From positions 61,027-125,026 of the forward strand of contig CAVVJT010000006.1 of the NCBI GenBank assembly GCA_963748625.1: a stretch of DNA of 64,000 nucleotides, read 5' to 3'. The position numbers and the translations under genes were made by a program. The stretch is from an uncultured Chloroflexia bacterium (GTDB taxonomy: Bacteria; Chloroflexota; Limnocylindria; Limnocylindrales; CSP1-4). This document shows positions 20,083 to 31,774 of this stretch, one piece after another. The notes beneath the pieces were generated by a model. The model made no database searches, was not told the origin of the DNA, and saw only the letters and a list, made by a program, of their open reading frames with translations. Each line of letters opens with the position of its first letter. Position 1 is the stretch's first letter.

Positions 20083-21819
20083 TCAGTCGCTGCCCGGCCC
20101 GAGGATGATCGGCGCCGGCTCTGCGGCTGCGTCCGCGATGCCCAGCGCTCCCCAGCTCGCCAGGGCGCCGAGGATCGCCAGGGCGAGGACGGCCGCCGGA
20201 CAACAGCTCCGTTCGGTTCCGCCGCAACGCGGCGGCGAGCCGCTGCCCGGCGAGCGCGGCCCGCTCTGCACCCGCGGCCGCCGTCGCAGTCACCGAAACG
20301 GTCGTGGTCGGTGCCGCTGCGGCCGCGACGCCCGCCACGCCCGCCACGCCCGGCCCGGCCGCGACTTGCTGCCCGGCTCCGGCGCCCCGCTCGGCGGAGC
20401 ACCCCTGCGTGGCCTCCGCCCCGATCTCCGCAGCCCTCCAGCTCCACCGGCAGCGACTCGGCCTGACGCCGGCGGCGGCCCATCCGCTCCGGCGCGGTAC
20501 GGTCCACCCGGCTGGTCACGCGGCCGGCGCCCACGGCGAGGAGGCGAAGGTAGGTCGGCAGGGTCAGGAACCCGGCCAGCAGCAGCAGGCCGCTCCACGG
20601 CTCTTCGGCGACCAGTGTCGCCAGCGAGCTCCGCGAGTCGAACGCCACCCAGCCGGGCAACCCGAACGTCGCGAGCGCCGTGATCGCCAGCGCGAGAGCC
20701 AGCAGGGGTGAGCGCCGCGCCCACCCGCGCAGGTCGGGGACGCTGCGGGTCTCGAACCGGTCCTCGGTCACGGCGGCCCACGCCGCGAGCGCGCTCTTGG
20801 ACGCGGCCAGCACGATCACCCATGCCCGTCCGGGACCCCAGGCGGCGGGGTCCATCGCGGCGATCGCGAGCAGGAGCAGCCCGGAGTCGGCGACCACGAG
20901 GTAGCCGGTCACGCGTCGGATGTCGTCGTGGAGCCAGGCGGCCAGCGAGGCGCCCACAAGCGTCAGCACTGCCAGGACCACCAGCACGGTCCGCTCGCCG
21001 GCGAGCGGCAGCGCGAGCGGCGCGATCAGCCGGTCGACGGCAGCGAAGGCGACCACGGTCAGCGGGACTGCGATCCAGGCGAGGAGGAGCGGGAGCGTCT
21101 CGGGCGGCACCAGGTCGGTGAGCCTCGAGACCCGTACGTGGAACGGCAGCATGCCCCAGCGGCCCGCGACCGCGAGGCCGACCGCCACGGTGAGCAGCCC
21201 CAGCGCCGGCCCGGCCACGGAGCCCGCGCTGCTCGGCGGCGACATCGGACCCGACGCCACTCGCGATCAGCGCCAGGCGCGCGGCGATCGGGACGACGGC
21301 GATCACGGCCAGCAGGACCGCGCCCGCGACCAGGGTCACCCGAAGCTCGCGTGCCGCGGCCGCAACCGCCGCCGGGCCCTCGACCGCCAGGATCACGATC
21401 AGGGCGGCGAGGCCGGTCGCCGCCGCGGCGCCCGCGCCCACGCCGAGGTCCGCCGACGCCATGGCCACCGTGCCACCCGTGATGGCGGCGAGGGTTGCCG
21501 GGAGGAGGCCCCGGAGCCGCGCCAGGCCTCCCAGCAGCCATGCCATGAAGACGAGGACGAGGCTCTCGAGGCCCCACAGGCCGACCACGAGCCGCAGGAA
21601 GTCCGTGGTGACCAGGTGCGCGTCGAACAGGCCGGTGATCGGCTGCCCGGTGTCGGTGAGGCGGGCCGGCCGCAGGACGAACGCGTCGGCCGTGATGACC
21701 AGCAGCGCGAGCACCCCCGCTGCCACGCCCGCGCGCGCGGCGCGCCCGCCCCGGGGGAGTCCCCACATGGCGATGCTAGTCCCCAGGGCGCCGACGACGA
21801 GGAGCAGCAGGAGGCGCAT
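20083..21819 (-). CDS. Proton-conducting antiporter-like membrane subunit (NuoL/M/N-HyfB/F-like), divergent, several frameshifts
   Basis: Hydrophobic segments spread over several frames; motifs AGRWGMLPFHV, AAWLHDDIRRVTGYLVVADSG, DLRGWARRSP, LATFGLPG. Confidence 0.6.
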
Positions 21820-21822
21820 CGA

Positions 21823-22548
21823 TCAGGAGTCCGCGAGCCGGTGCGCGTCGTCCGCTGCCCGGTGGCGGATTGCCGCGTCCGGCCGGAGCGCGTCGCGGAT
21901 CACGAGGTCACCACCCCGACGGATCGAAGCGGCGATCACCGCGGCCACGCCCGCGCCGGCGAAGGCCGCGATCAGCGCCCCGCCGAGCTCCGTCACGCTA
22001 TCGAGGCGAACCTCCAGCGCGTTGGCCACGAGGCCGGCCGCCGAGAGCAGCAGCAGCAGCCCGACGCCGAGGCGGAGCGTGTCCCGGGCCAGCACGACCT
22101 GGGGCACGGCGAGCGCCGTCAGGGCCAGGGCTGCGCCGAGCGCCGCCTGGGGGACGATGGAGCCTGCAAGCAGCGCCTGGGCCAGGCCGCCGCTCCCCGG
22201 TCCCTCCGGGGTGCCGCCGTCCAACGCCGCTCCCAAGGTGCCGACCGCCAGCCACCCGGCCGCGAATGCGGCCGTCGCGATCGCCGCGGACCCGACCCAG
22301 CCGGTGGTCGCTGCCGGCATGGCGGCGGGCGCCCCGCGCAGCGAGATCCAGACGAGGTAGATGCCCAGCGTTGTCCCGGCCAGCCGTGCGCCCAGGCCCA
22401 ACGGGCCGGGAAGCGGGTCGGCGATGTACGCAGCGCCCACCGCCGCGAGCAGCAGCCCGAGGACCGCCAGGCGCGGCGTGGCCGCCGCCACGGCCGCGAC
22501 CGCACCGGCCACGACGAGGACCGCAAGAGTGACGAGGACGGGTGTCAC
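21823..22548 (-). CDS. Hypothetical multi-pass membrane protein (possibly HyfE-like)
   Basis: About 7 hydrophobic helices; LARDTLRLGVGLLLL; same strand as lepB and the antiporter-like gene, with short gaps. Confidence 0.7.
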   Translation of the reverse strand: MTPVLVTLAVLVVAGAVAAVAAATPRLAVLGLLLAAVGAAYIADPLPGPLGLGARLAGTTLGIYLVWISLRGAPAAMPAATTGWVGSAAIATAAFAAGWLAVGTLGAALDGGTPEGPGSGGLAQALLAGSIVPQAALGAALALTALAVPQVVLARDTLRLGVGLLLLLSAAGLVANALEVRLDSVTELGGALIAAFAGAGVAAVIAASIRRGGDLVIRDALRPDAAIRHRAADDAHRLADS

Positions 22549-22566
22549 GGCTCGGCCGGCCGCCCG

Positions 22567-23160
22567 TCAGGGCGCCGCTGGGACGTCGGGGTAGGTGGGC
22601 GTCTGGAGGATCTGGAAGGTGTTGATCGGCCAGTAGCGCAGGAATGCCCGGCCGACCACGTCGGAGACGCCGATGGGGCCGAAGAGGCGCGAGTCCGCGG
22701 ACTTCTGGCGATGATCGCCCATCACGAACAGCTGGCCCTCGGGGACGACCCAGCTGGTCTGGTCCGGGGACACCTCCGTGGGCTCGTTGACACCCGCGTC
22801 GTTGGCGTAGGTGTACGGCTCGTCGAGGGCGACGCCGTTGATGTAGACGAGGCCGTCGTCCCTGACCTCTACGGTGTCGCCCGGCTCGCCGATGACCCGC
22901 TTGATGAACGGCGTGGGGTCGCTGGTCCAGGTCTCGGGCGGGTTGAACACGACGATGTCACCGCGGTTGTAGGCGTCCCAGCGCGGGGTGAGCTTGTCGA
23001 CCAGCACGTACTGCCCCGGTTCCAGGGTCCGCTCCATCGAGTTCTGCTGCACCTGGTAGGGCTGCGCGATGAATGTCTGGATGACGAAGAAGATGACGAG
23101 GGTGAGGACCAGGGTCTCGACGACCTCGAACAGACACCCCAGGCTGGATCGACGGTTCAC
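22567..23160 (-). CDS. lepB: Signal peptidase I
   Basis: N-terminal TM, SMERTL (catalytic Ser), RGDIVVF, FIKRVIG (catalytic Lys), MGDHRQKSADSR. Confidence 0.95.
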   Translation of the reverse strand: MNRRSSLGCLFEVVETLVLTLVIFFVIQTFIAQPYQVQQNSMERTLEPGQYVLVDKLTPRWDAYNRGDIVVFNPPETWTSDPTPFIKRVIGEPGDTVEVRDDGLVYINGVALDEPYTYANDAGVNEPTEVSPDQTSWVVPEGQLFVMGDHRQKSADSRLFGPIGVSDVVGRAFLRYWPINTFQILQTPTYPDVPAAP

Positions 23161-23329
23161 GAGCGGGGAGTATAGGGGTCGGGGGCTCTGCGCCCGGGGA
23201 TCGCGTGCGGGGGACTGGGTCTGCGGCCGTCGGCGGGTAGGGCCGTCTGGCCCGGGAGGACCGGTCCGGGAGTCGAATGCATAGGCTCCATGGGTCTCTG
23301 CATCCCATCCACCAGGGCCCGGAAGTCGT

Positions 23330-23359
23330 TTGACCCGTGCGAACGCGCACGCATACACT
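23330..23359 (+). promoter_or_regulatory. sigma70-type promoter for hppA
   Basis: TTGACC-N18-TACACT. Confidence 0.55.
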
Positions 23360-23518
23360 CTGCCGGCCGACGCGGCGGTTCCCCTGCGTTCCGAACCCCC
23401 GTTGGCGACGTGCCCACGTCAGGCGCGGGTGCCCGCGCTCCCGCCCGGCGTTCGCTCGACGAGACAACGACGGATCACCGGTGTTCCGAACCCTGGGTAG
23501 GAGGCTCTGCAGACGCTG

Positions 23519-25750
<2,232 letters not shown>

Positions 25751-25883
25751 GCCGCGCCACCTGACGGGCTATGCCGTTGTTGCCGCCTGCGGGCGCTCGC
25801 TCACGCACGGCGGGGTGCGCTCGCTGCGCGTCCTCGGCGGCGCCCAGGCCTGGCCGCGTCATCCGGCGCGGCCAGGAGATGTG

Positions 25884-26709
25884 ATGGAGCAGATCCTCCA
25901 GGCGCTGGTCATGGGGATCGCCCAGGGGCTCACCGAGTTCCTGCCGATCTCCTCGTCCGGCCACGCCATCCTGCTCCCGTACCTGCTGGGCTGGGACGAC
26001 GCATTCATCGAGTCGCTGGCGTTCTCCGTCGTGCTCCACGCCGGCACGCTGGCTGCGCTGCTCGTCTACTTCCGCGAGGACTGGGCGAGGCTCGTGCCCG
26101 CCTTCTTCGCGGGGTTGCGGGACCGCTCGTTCCGGGACGACCGGGACCGTCGGCTCTCGTGGCTGCTGTTCCTGTCGACTGTCCCGGCAGCGGCCATCGC
26201 CTTCCTGCTCAACGACCTCGCCGAGGGGTCGTTCCGCCAGGCCGGCCTCGTGGCGGTGACGCTCGTGATCGGGGCCGGGATCATGTGGACGGCCGACCGT
26301 TGGGGTCCGCGCACGCACACCATCGACCGACTCACGTCACGCGGGGCGCTGGGCATCGGGCTCGCCCAGGCGCATCGCCCTGGTCCCGGGCATCAGCCGG
26401 TCCGGCATCTCCATGTCAGCGGGGCTCTTCGCCGGCCTCGATCGGGCCGACGCCGCCCGCTACAGCTTCCTGATGGCGACGCCGATCACGGCGATGGCCG
26501 TCGCCTGGGAGACCCTCAAGATCCTGCGCGGCGAGGTCGGCGGCGCCGAGCCGATCACCCTGGTCGTGGGTGTCTTCGCGTCCTTCGGGGCGGGAATCCT
26601 CGCGATCTCCGTGCTGCTGCGCTACCTGCGCACGAACTCGTTCACCATCTTCGTCGTCTACCGCCTGGTGCTGGCCGCCATCGTCGTGGTGGCCTTCCTG
26701 GCCCGGTAG
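25884..26709 (+). CDS. uppP: Undecaprenyl-diphosphate phosphatase; 1-bp insertion near 26373
   Basis: QGLTEFLPISSSGH; removing one C restores LAQAIALVPGISRSG and continues into AARYSFLM...FVVYR. Confidence 0.92.
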
Positions 26710-26736
26710 CGTCCCGGAGGCATCCTCGTGGAGGTC

Positions 26737-27201
26737 ATGAAGCAGCTTCGCCAGCGGGCGATCCGCGACCTGGTGGAGCAACGGCCGATCCGGACCCAGC
26801 AGGAGCTGGCCGCCGCGCTGCGGGAGCGTGGCTTCCGTACGACCCAGGCCACGATCTCGCGGGACGTCGCGGAGCTGGGTCTCGTGAAGTCCAGCCGCAA
26901 CGGGACCCAGGCCTACGCGCTCCCGCCGCGACTCCGCGAGGCGGACGCAAGCGGCGAGGAGCGCATCCGCCGCCTGCTGCGCGAGATGCCCGTCGACATC
27001 CGCGAGGCGGGCACGATGCTGGTGCTGCGCACGCTGCCCGGATCCGCGCACCCCCTCGCCGCGGCGATGGACCGTGCACGCTGGCCCGAGGTCGCTGGTT
27101 CCATCGCCGGCGACGACACGGTGTTCGTGGCCTTCTCGGACCGTGGTTCGATGGGGCGCGTCCGGCGGCGCCTGGAGCAGCTGGCCGAGATCCCGGAGTA
27201 G
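26737..27201 (+). CDS. argR: Arginine repressor
   Basis: TQQEL, TTQATISRD, RTLPGSA, GSIAGDDT. Confidence 0.95.
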   Translation: MKQLRQRAIRDLVEQRPIRTQQELAAALRERGFRTTQATISRDVAELGLVKSSRNGTQAYALPPRLREADASGEERIRRLLREMPVDIREAGTMLVLRTLPGSAHPLAAAMDRARWPEVAGSIAGDDTVFVAFSDRGSMGRVRRRLEQLAEIPE

Positions 27202-27297
27202 AGGATCGCGCCGCGTCGGAGAGCTGGGGTCTGGAGATGCCTGATTGACCGACGGTGCCTCGAGGTGCGCCGCTCCTCCGGTTCTGAGCCCGCGACG

Positions 27298-27455
27298 TGC
27301 ATGCGGCGCAACGTTCCCCGGCCGTCGTGCTGTCAGCCTGCGTCGCCAGCAAGGTCGCTGCGTCCGTGAGCAACGAGTTCCTCCCGATCGTGCTCTCGGC
27401 CTGCATGCCGCACACGCCGGCGGCACGAGGACCAAGGATCCTTGCGTGGCATGCA
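27298..27455. repeat. REP/BIME-like cluster of alternating inverted 13-mers
   Basis: TGCATGCGGCGCA (27298), TGCGTCGCCAGCA (27339), TGCATGCCGCACA (27402), TGCGTGGCATGCA (27443). Confidence 0.55.
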
Positions 27456-27532
27456 AGCACCTGCGCGCCCGGCGGACGCGGAGTTGGCCGCCGGGATGGC
27501 CGCGCTACGTCAACTGCTGCACCCGCCCCGCT

Positions 27533-27561
27533 TTGACGATCCGGGCCTTCGCCGATACCAT
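27533..27561 (+). promoter_or_regulatory. sigma70-type promoter for greA
   Basis: TTGACG-N17-TACCAT. Confidence 0.75.
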
Positions 27562-27575
27562 TCGGCCCGATCCGT

Positions 27576-27618
27576 GACCCTCGGCGGCGCATGAACGGCG
27601 CCCCGGGGTCCTTTTGTT
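27576..27618 (+). terminator. Intrinsic terminator within the greA 5' leader (attenuator)
   Basis: GACCCTCGGCGGCGC-ATGAACG-GCGCCCCGGGGTC followed by CTTTTGTT. Confidence 0.65.
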
Positions 27619-27679
27619 CAAACCGACCCAGCGGCGGCACCAGCAGGTGCCGGTTCCGCGCCTCGGGGGTCTCGCCCGC

Positions 27680-28144
27680 GTGAACACCAAGACCACGTAC
27701 ATCAGCAGGGATGGCCTGGACAAGCTGCGCGCCGAGCTCGCGGAGATGACGAACGTCCGGCGGCCCGAGATTGCCCAGCGGATCCACGACGCCAAGGAGC
27801 ACGGCGACCTGTCCGAGAACGCCGAGTACGAGGACGCCAAGAACGAGCAGGCCTTCGTCGAGGGACGCATCCAGACCCTCGAGACGATGATCAAGAACGC
27901 CAGCCTGATCGACGAGCACACCTCGACCGACCACGTCCAGATCGGCTCGACCGTCAAGGTCAAGGGTGACGACGGCACCGAGACGTTCTCGATCGTCGGT
28001 TCCGCGGAGGCCAAGCCGGCCGATGGCCGGATCTCCAACGAATCACCCGTGGGCCGCGCCCTGCTCGGCCGCAGGAAGGGCGACAAGGTCGTCGTCAAGG
28101 TCCCCGCCGGCGACTTCGCCTACACGATCCTCGAGATCAAATAG
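27680..28144 (+). CDS. greA: Transcription elongation factor GreA
   Basis: HGDLSENAEYEDAKNEQAFVEGRI, ISNESPVGRAL. Confidence 0.97.
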   Translation: MNTKTTYISRDGLDKLRAELAEMTNVRRPEIAQRIHDAKEHGDLSENAEYEDAKNEQAFVEGRIQTLETMIKNASLIDEHTSTDHVQIGSTVKVKGDDGTETFSIVGSAEAKPADGRISNESPVGRALLGRRKGDKVVVKVPAGDFAYTILEIK

Positions 28145-28206
28145 CGGAGGGGGCAACGCCGCCATCGGGCGGCAGGGGCGACAGCCCGGAGAGGGAGGCA
28201 CCTGAC

Positions 28207-29817
28207 GTGGATTGGGCGGACGAGCTGGCAGCTAGCGTCGAGGGCCCGCAGGTCGTCAACGACTCCAAGACCCCGTCTGGCACCGTCCACGTCGGCAGCC
28301 TCCGCGGACCCGTCATCCTCGACGTGATCACGCGCGCCCTACGGGCCAGGGGTCTCGAGACCACGCTCCTCTACGGCGTGGACGACATGGACTCGATGGA
28401 CGCGCAGGCGCTGCTCACGCCCGATGCCGTGGACCGCTACATGGGCGCGCCGCTGGCCCACATCCCGGATCAGGCCGGCGACTGTCACGCCTCGTATGCC
28501 CGCCACCACGCCCAGACGTTCATCGACGTCTTCGCCGGTCTCGGCATCCACCCGGACCGCTACTACTGGATGAGCGACATCTACCCCACCGGGCAGATGG
28601 ACCCGTTCATCCGGACCGCCCTCGACCGCGCGGCCGTGGTGCGCGACATCTACCGTCGCGTGGCCAACGTCCAACATCCGGAGCACTGGCTCCCCCTCGG
28701 CGTGGTCTGCCCCGACTGCGGCAAGGTCGGCACGACGATCGCGTCCGACTGGGACGGCGAGACGGTGTCGGTCGCCTGTCGGCCGGACCTCGTGACCTGG
28801 GCCGCGGGCTGCGGCTGGACCGGCCGCATCGCGCCGTTCGGGGGGACCGCGAAGCTGCCCTGGAACCTCGAGTGGGCGGCCCAGTGGAGCCTGTTCGGCG
28901 TCACGATCGAGCCCAACGGCAAGGACCTCGCGACGGCCGGCGGGTCACGTGACCGGTCCGACGCCGTCGCCCGCGAGGTGTTCGATCGCCAGCCCCCGCT
29001 CAACTTCCCGTACGAGTTCCTCAACCTCGGCGGGCGGAAGATGTCCACCTCGAAGGGCGTGGGTGCCGCCGCGCACACGATCGGCCAGGTCATCCCGCCC
29101 GAACAGCTGCGCTTCCTGTTCGTCCGCAATCGCCCCGAGTCGGCCATCGAGTTCGACCCGCAGGGCACGGACGCCATCCCGCGCCTGTTCGACGAGTTCG
29201 ACCGGCTCGCCGCCGCCACCGCCGGCCGCGAGGTGAAGGGCGAGCTCCCGTCGGGCCACGAGTCCATCTTCCGCTACTCGCTCCTCGATCCGGCCGCGGA
29301 CCTCGCCCGTGCCGCGGACGCCTTCCGGCCGGCCTTCGCTCACCTGGCGCTCCTGGTCCAGGTCCCGGGCGTGGATGTCCACGCTCGCGTGGTCGCCGAG
29401 AAGGGATCCGCGCTGACGGAGGCCGAGGCGGCCGATCTCGAGGAGCGCCTGGCCGCCGTCAGCCGCTGGCTCGAGGCCTACGCACCGGACCGCGCCCGGA
29501 TCGAGATCCGGCGCGACGCCCTGCCGCCCGAGGCCGGGCAACTGCGACCCGAGCAGCACGAGTTCCTCCATGAGCTCGCCCTCACCGTCCACCGTGACGC
29601 CCCGGCCTCCGGCGAGCAGTGGCAGACCGCGATCTTCGCCGTGGCCGCCGAGAACGGGCTCGACGCGAAGGCCGCCTTCAACGCGCTCTACCTGGCGTTT
29701 CTCGGCCGTTCCAACGGCCCCCGGGCGGGCTGGCTGCTGGCGAGCCTTGAGCGCGACTTCGTGATCGGCCGGCTGACCGAGGCCGGCGCCGCAGCCACCG
29801 GGGAGGCGACCGCATGA
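28207..29817 (+). CDS. lysK: Lysine--tRNA ligase, class I
   Basis: TPSGTVHVGSLRG (HIGH-like), DDMD, CPDCGK zinc knuckle, KLPWNLEW, GKDL, KMSTSKG, LGRSNGPRAG. Confidence 0.93.
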   Translation: MDWADELAASVEGPQVVNDSKTPSGTVHVGSLRGPVILDVITRALRARGLETTLLYGVDDMDSMDAQALLTPDAVDRYMGAPLAHIPDQAGDCHASYARHHAQTFIDVFAGLGIHPDRYYWMSDIYPTGQMDPFIRTALDRAAVVRDIYRRVANVQHPEHWLPLGVVCPDCGKVGTTIASDWDGETVSVACRPDLVTWAAGCGWTGRIAPFGGTAKLPWNLEWAAQWSLFGVTIEPNGKDLATAGGSRDRSDAVAREVFDRQPPLNFPYEFLNLGGRKMSTSKGVGAAAHTIGQVIPPEQLRFLFVRNRPESAIEFDPQGTDAIPRLFDEFDRLAAATAGREVKGELPSGHESIFRYSLLDPAADLARAADAFRPAFAHLALLVQVPGVDVHARVVAEKGSALTEAEAADLEERLAAVSRWLEAYAPDRARIEIRRDALPPEAGQLRPEQHEFLHELALTVHRDAPASGEQWQTAIFAVAAENGLDAKAAFNALYLAFLGRSNGPRAGWLLASLERDFVIGRLTEAGAAATGEATA

Positions 29818-31139
29818 GTGTCGGCGTGCAGCGGCTCCGCGAGGAGCCGGACCGGATCCGCCAGGGCGCCATCGACAAGCGCGAGGATCCGGCGCTGGTG
29901 GACCAGGCCATCGAGGTCGACGCGCGCCGACGCCGGCTCCAGTCCGAGTCGGACGGCCGCAAGGCGGAGCGCAATGCGGTCTCCAAGCAGATCGGCGAGG
30001 CCATTCGCGGCGGCGCGCGCCCGGATGGACCTGAGGTGGCCCAGCTGCGTGCCGCCTCGACGGCGGCCGGCGTCCGGATCGACGAGATCGACGCCGAGCT
30101 GTCCGCGGCCGAGGCCGAGCTCGAGGAGCTGCTCCTGCGCATCCCCAACCCCGCGGACCCCGAGGTCCCGGTGGGCGGCGAGGATGCCAACGTCACGGTC
30201 CGGACATGGGGCGAGAACGGCAGCCGCGAAGTGTCGGCCGCGGATGGCACCACCTGGGAGCGCAGGCCCCATTGGGAGATCGGCGAGGCCCTCGACATCA
30301 TCGACAACCCGCGCGGCGCGAAGATCGCCGGCTCCGGGTTCCCCGTCTACAAGGGCGCGGGCTCGCGGCTCCAGCGCAGCCTCATCTCCTGGTTTCTCGA
30401 CGTCCACACCGCCGAGCACGGCTTCACCGAGGTCTGGCCGCCGGCGGTCGTGAACGCTGCGTCCGCGCGTGGCACCGGGCAGATCCCGGACAAGGAAGAC
30501 CAGATGTATGTCGCCACGCGTGACGATCTGTACCTGGTCCCCACCGCCGAGGTCCCGGTCACCAACCTCCACCGCGACGAGATCCTCGAGGCCGCCCAGC
30601 TGCCCATCCGGTACGCGGCCTACTCGCCGTGCTTCCGGCGCGAGGCGGGCGCCGCCGGCAAGGACACGCGCGGCATCCTCCGCGTCCACCAGTTCGACAA
30701 GGTGGAGATGGTCCTGTTCGAGAAGCCGGAGGACAGCCCCGAGGCGCTGGAGTGGATGACCTCCCGTGCCGAGGTGCTGCTGCAGCGCCTCGGCCTGCCG
30801 TACCGGGTGCTCCTCATGAGCACCGGCGAGATGGGCTTCGTCCAGCGCAAGAAGTACGACCTCGAGGTCTGGGCACCGGGTGTGGAGCGCTGGCTGGAGG
30901 TCAGCTCCTGCTCCAACTTCGGCGACTACCAGGCGCGCCGGATGGCGATCCGCTATCGCCCGGCTCCGGGCGCCAGGCCGGAGCTCGTCCACACGCTCAA
31001 CGGTTCCGGGCTCGCGCTGCCGCGCATCGTGGCCGCGATTCTCGAGGCCTACCAGGAAGCGGACGGGTCGGTGGTGGTGCCCGAGGTGCTGCGCCCCTAT
31101 GTCGGCGCCGATAGGATTGGCGGACCGGTGACAGCCTGA
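29814..31139 (+). CDS. serS: Serine--tRNA ligase
   Basis: LVPTAEVP, CFRREAG, RVHQFDKVE, EVSSCSN, HTLNGSGLA. Confidence 0.97.
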   Translation: MSVGVQRLREEPDRIRQGAIDKREDPALVDQAIEVDARRRRLQSESDGRKAERNAVSKQIGEAIRGGARPDGPEVAQLRAASTAAGVRIDEIDAELSAAEAELEELLLRIPNPADPEVPVGGEDANVTVRTWGENGSREVSAADGTTWERRPHWEIGEALDIIDNPRGAKIAGSGFPVYKGAGSRLQRSLISWFLDVHTAEHGFTEVWPPAVVNAASARGTGQIPDKEDQMYVATRDDLYLVPTAEVPVTNLHRDEILEAAQLPIRYAAYSPCFRREAGAAGKDTRGILRVHQFDKVEMVLFEKPEDSPEALEWMTSRAEVLLQRLGLPYRVLLMSTGEMGFVQRKKYDLEVWAPGVERWLEVSSCSNFGDYQARRMAIRYRPAPGARPELVHTLNGSGLALPRIVAAILEAYQEADGSVVVPEVLRPYVGADRIGGPVTA

Positions 31140-31184
31140 GGGGGCTCCGCGGCCGGCGCCCGCCACCAGATGGAGGATCTCCGC

Positions 31185-31670
31185 ATGACCCAGCCCTACC
31201 AGCCGCTCCCGCCCGCCGCCCCGGATGGCCCCGCGCCCGGGGTCCAGTTCGCCAGCCCCGTCGCGCGCCTGGTCGGCTACCTCATCGACGGGTTCATCGC
31301 AGGCGCGGCCGCGCTCGCGCTGGGCCTGGTGCTCGGGACGGTCATCGGTCTCGCCGGTGAATCGGGGCGGAACTTCATCGCGGGTCTCGGCTTCATCCTG
31401 TACTTCGTGGCGATCCTCGCGATCTGGCTGCTGTACTTCCCGTACTTCTGGCAGAAGAGCGGCCAGACGCCGGGCATGAAGGTCACGAAGGTCAAGGTGG
31501 TCCGCGACGAGGATGGCGGACCGATCGGCTGGGGGACGGGGTTCGTCCGCCTGTTCGGCTTCTTCGTGAGCCAGCTCGTCCTCTACATCGGGTTCCTGTG
31601 GGTCCTGGTCGACAAGCGCAAGCGCGGCTGGTTCGACCTGATGGCCGGCACCTGCGTCGTCAAGGCGTAG
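31185..31670 (+). CDS. RDD family membrane protein
   Basis: ASPVARLVGYLID, GQTPGM, KRGWFDLMAGTCVV. Confidence 0.9.
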   Translation: MTQPYQPLPPAAPDGPAPGVQFASPVARLVGYLIDGFIAGAAALALGLVLGTVIGLAGESGRNFIAGLGFILYFVAILAIWLLYFPYFWQKSGQTPGMKVTKVKVVRDEDGGPIGWGTGFVRLFGFFVSQLVLYIGFLWVLVDKRKRGWFDLMAGTCVVKA

Positions 31671-31729
31671 AACTACCCGAACCCGGGTGGTCCTACCCCG
31701 GGCGGTCGGACCCCCGGGCGGTCGCGCCG

Positions 31730-31764
31730 CCCGCGACCCGCGACCCGCGACCCGCGACCCGCGA
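31730..31764. repeat. Tandem repeat, 5 x 7 bp CCCGCGA
   Basis: Read directly between convergent genes. Confidence 0.9.
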
Positions 31765-31774
31765 CCCGACCCGG

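Noticed and set aside
26340-26420. Programmed frameshift or true pseudogene in uppP (likewise plsY, arsR and the ABC permease)
   Set aside because: No slippery sequence, and both halves are otherwise intact; scattered single indels are better explained by sequencing error
27298-27455. ARG boxes next to argR
   Set aside because: They lie downstream of argR, are GC-rich, and do not fit the AT-rich TGMAT-N4-ATKCA tandem arrangement
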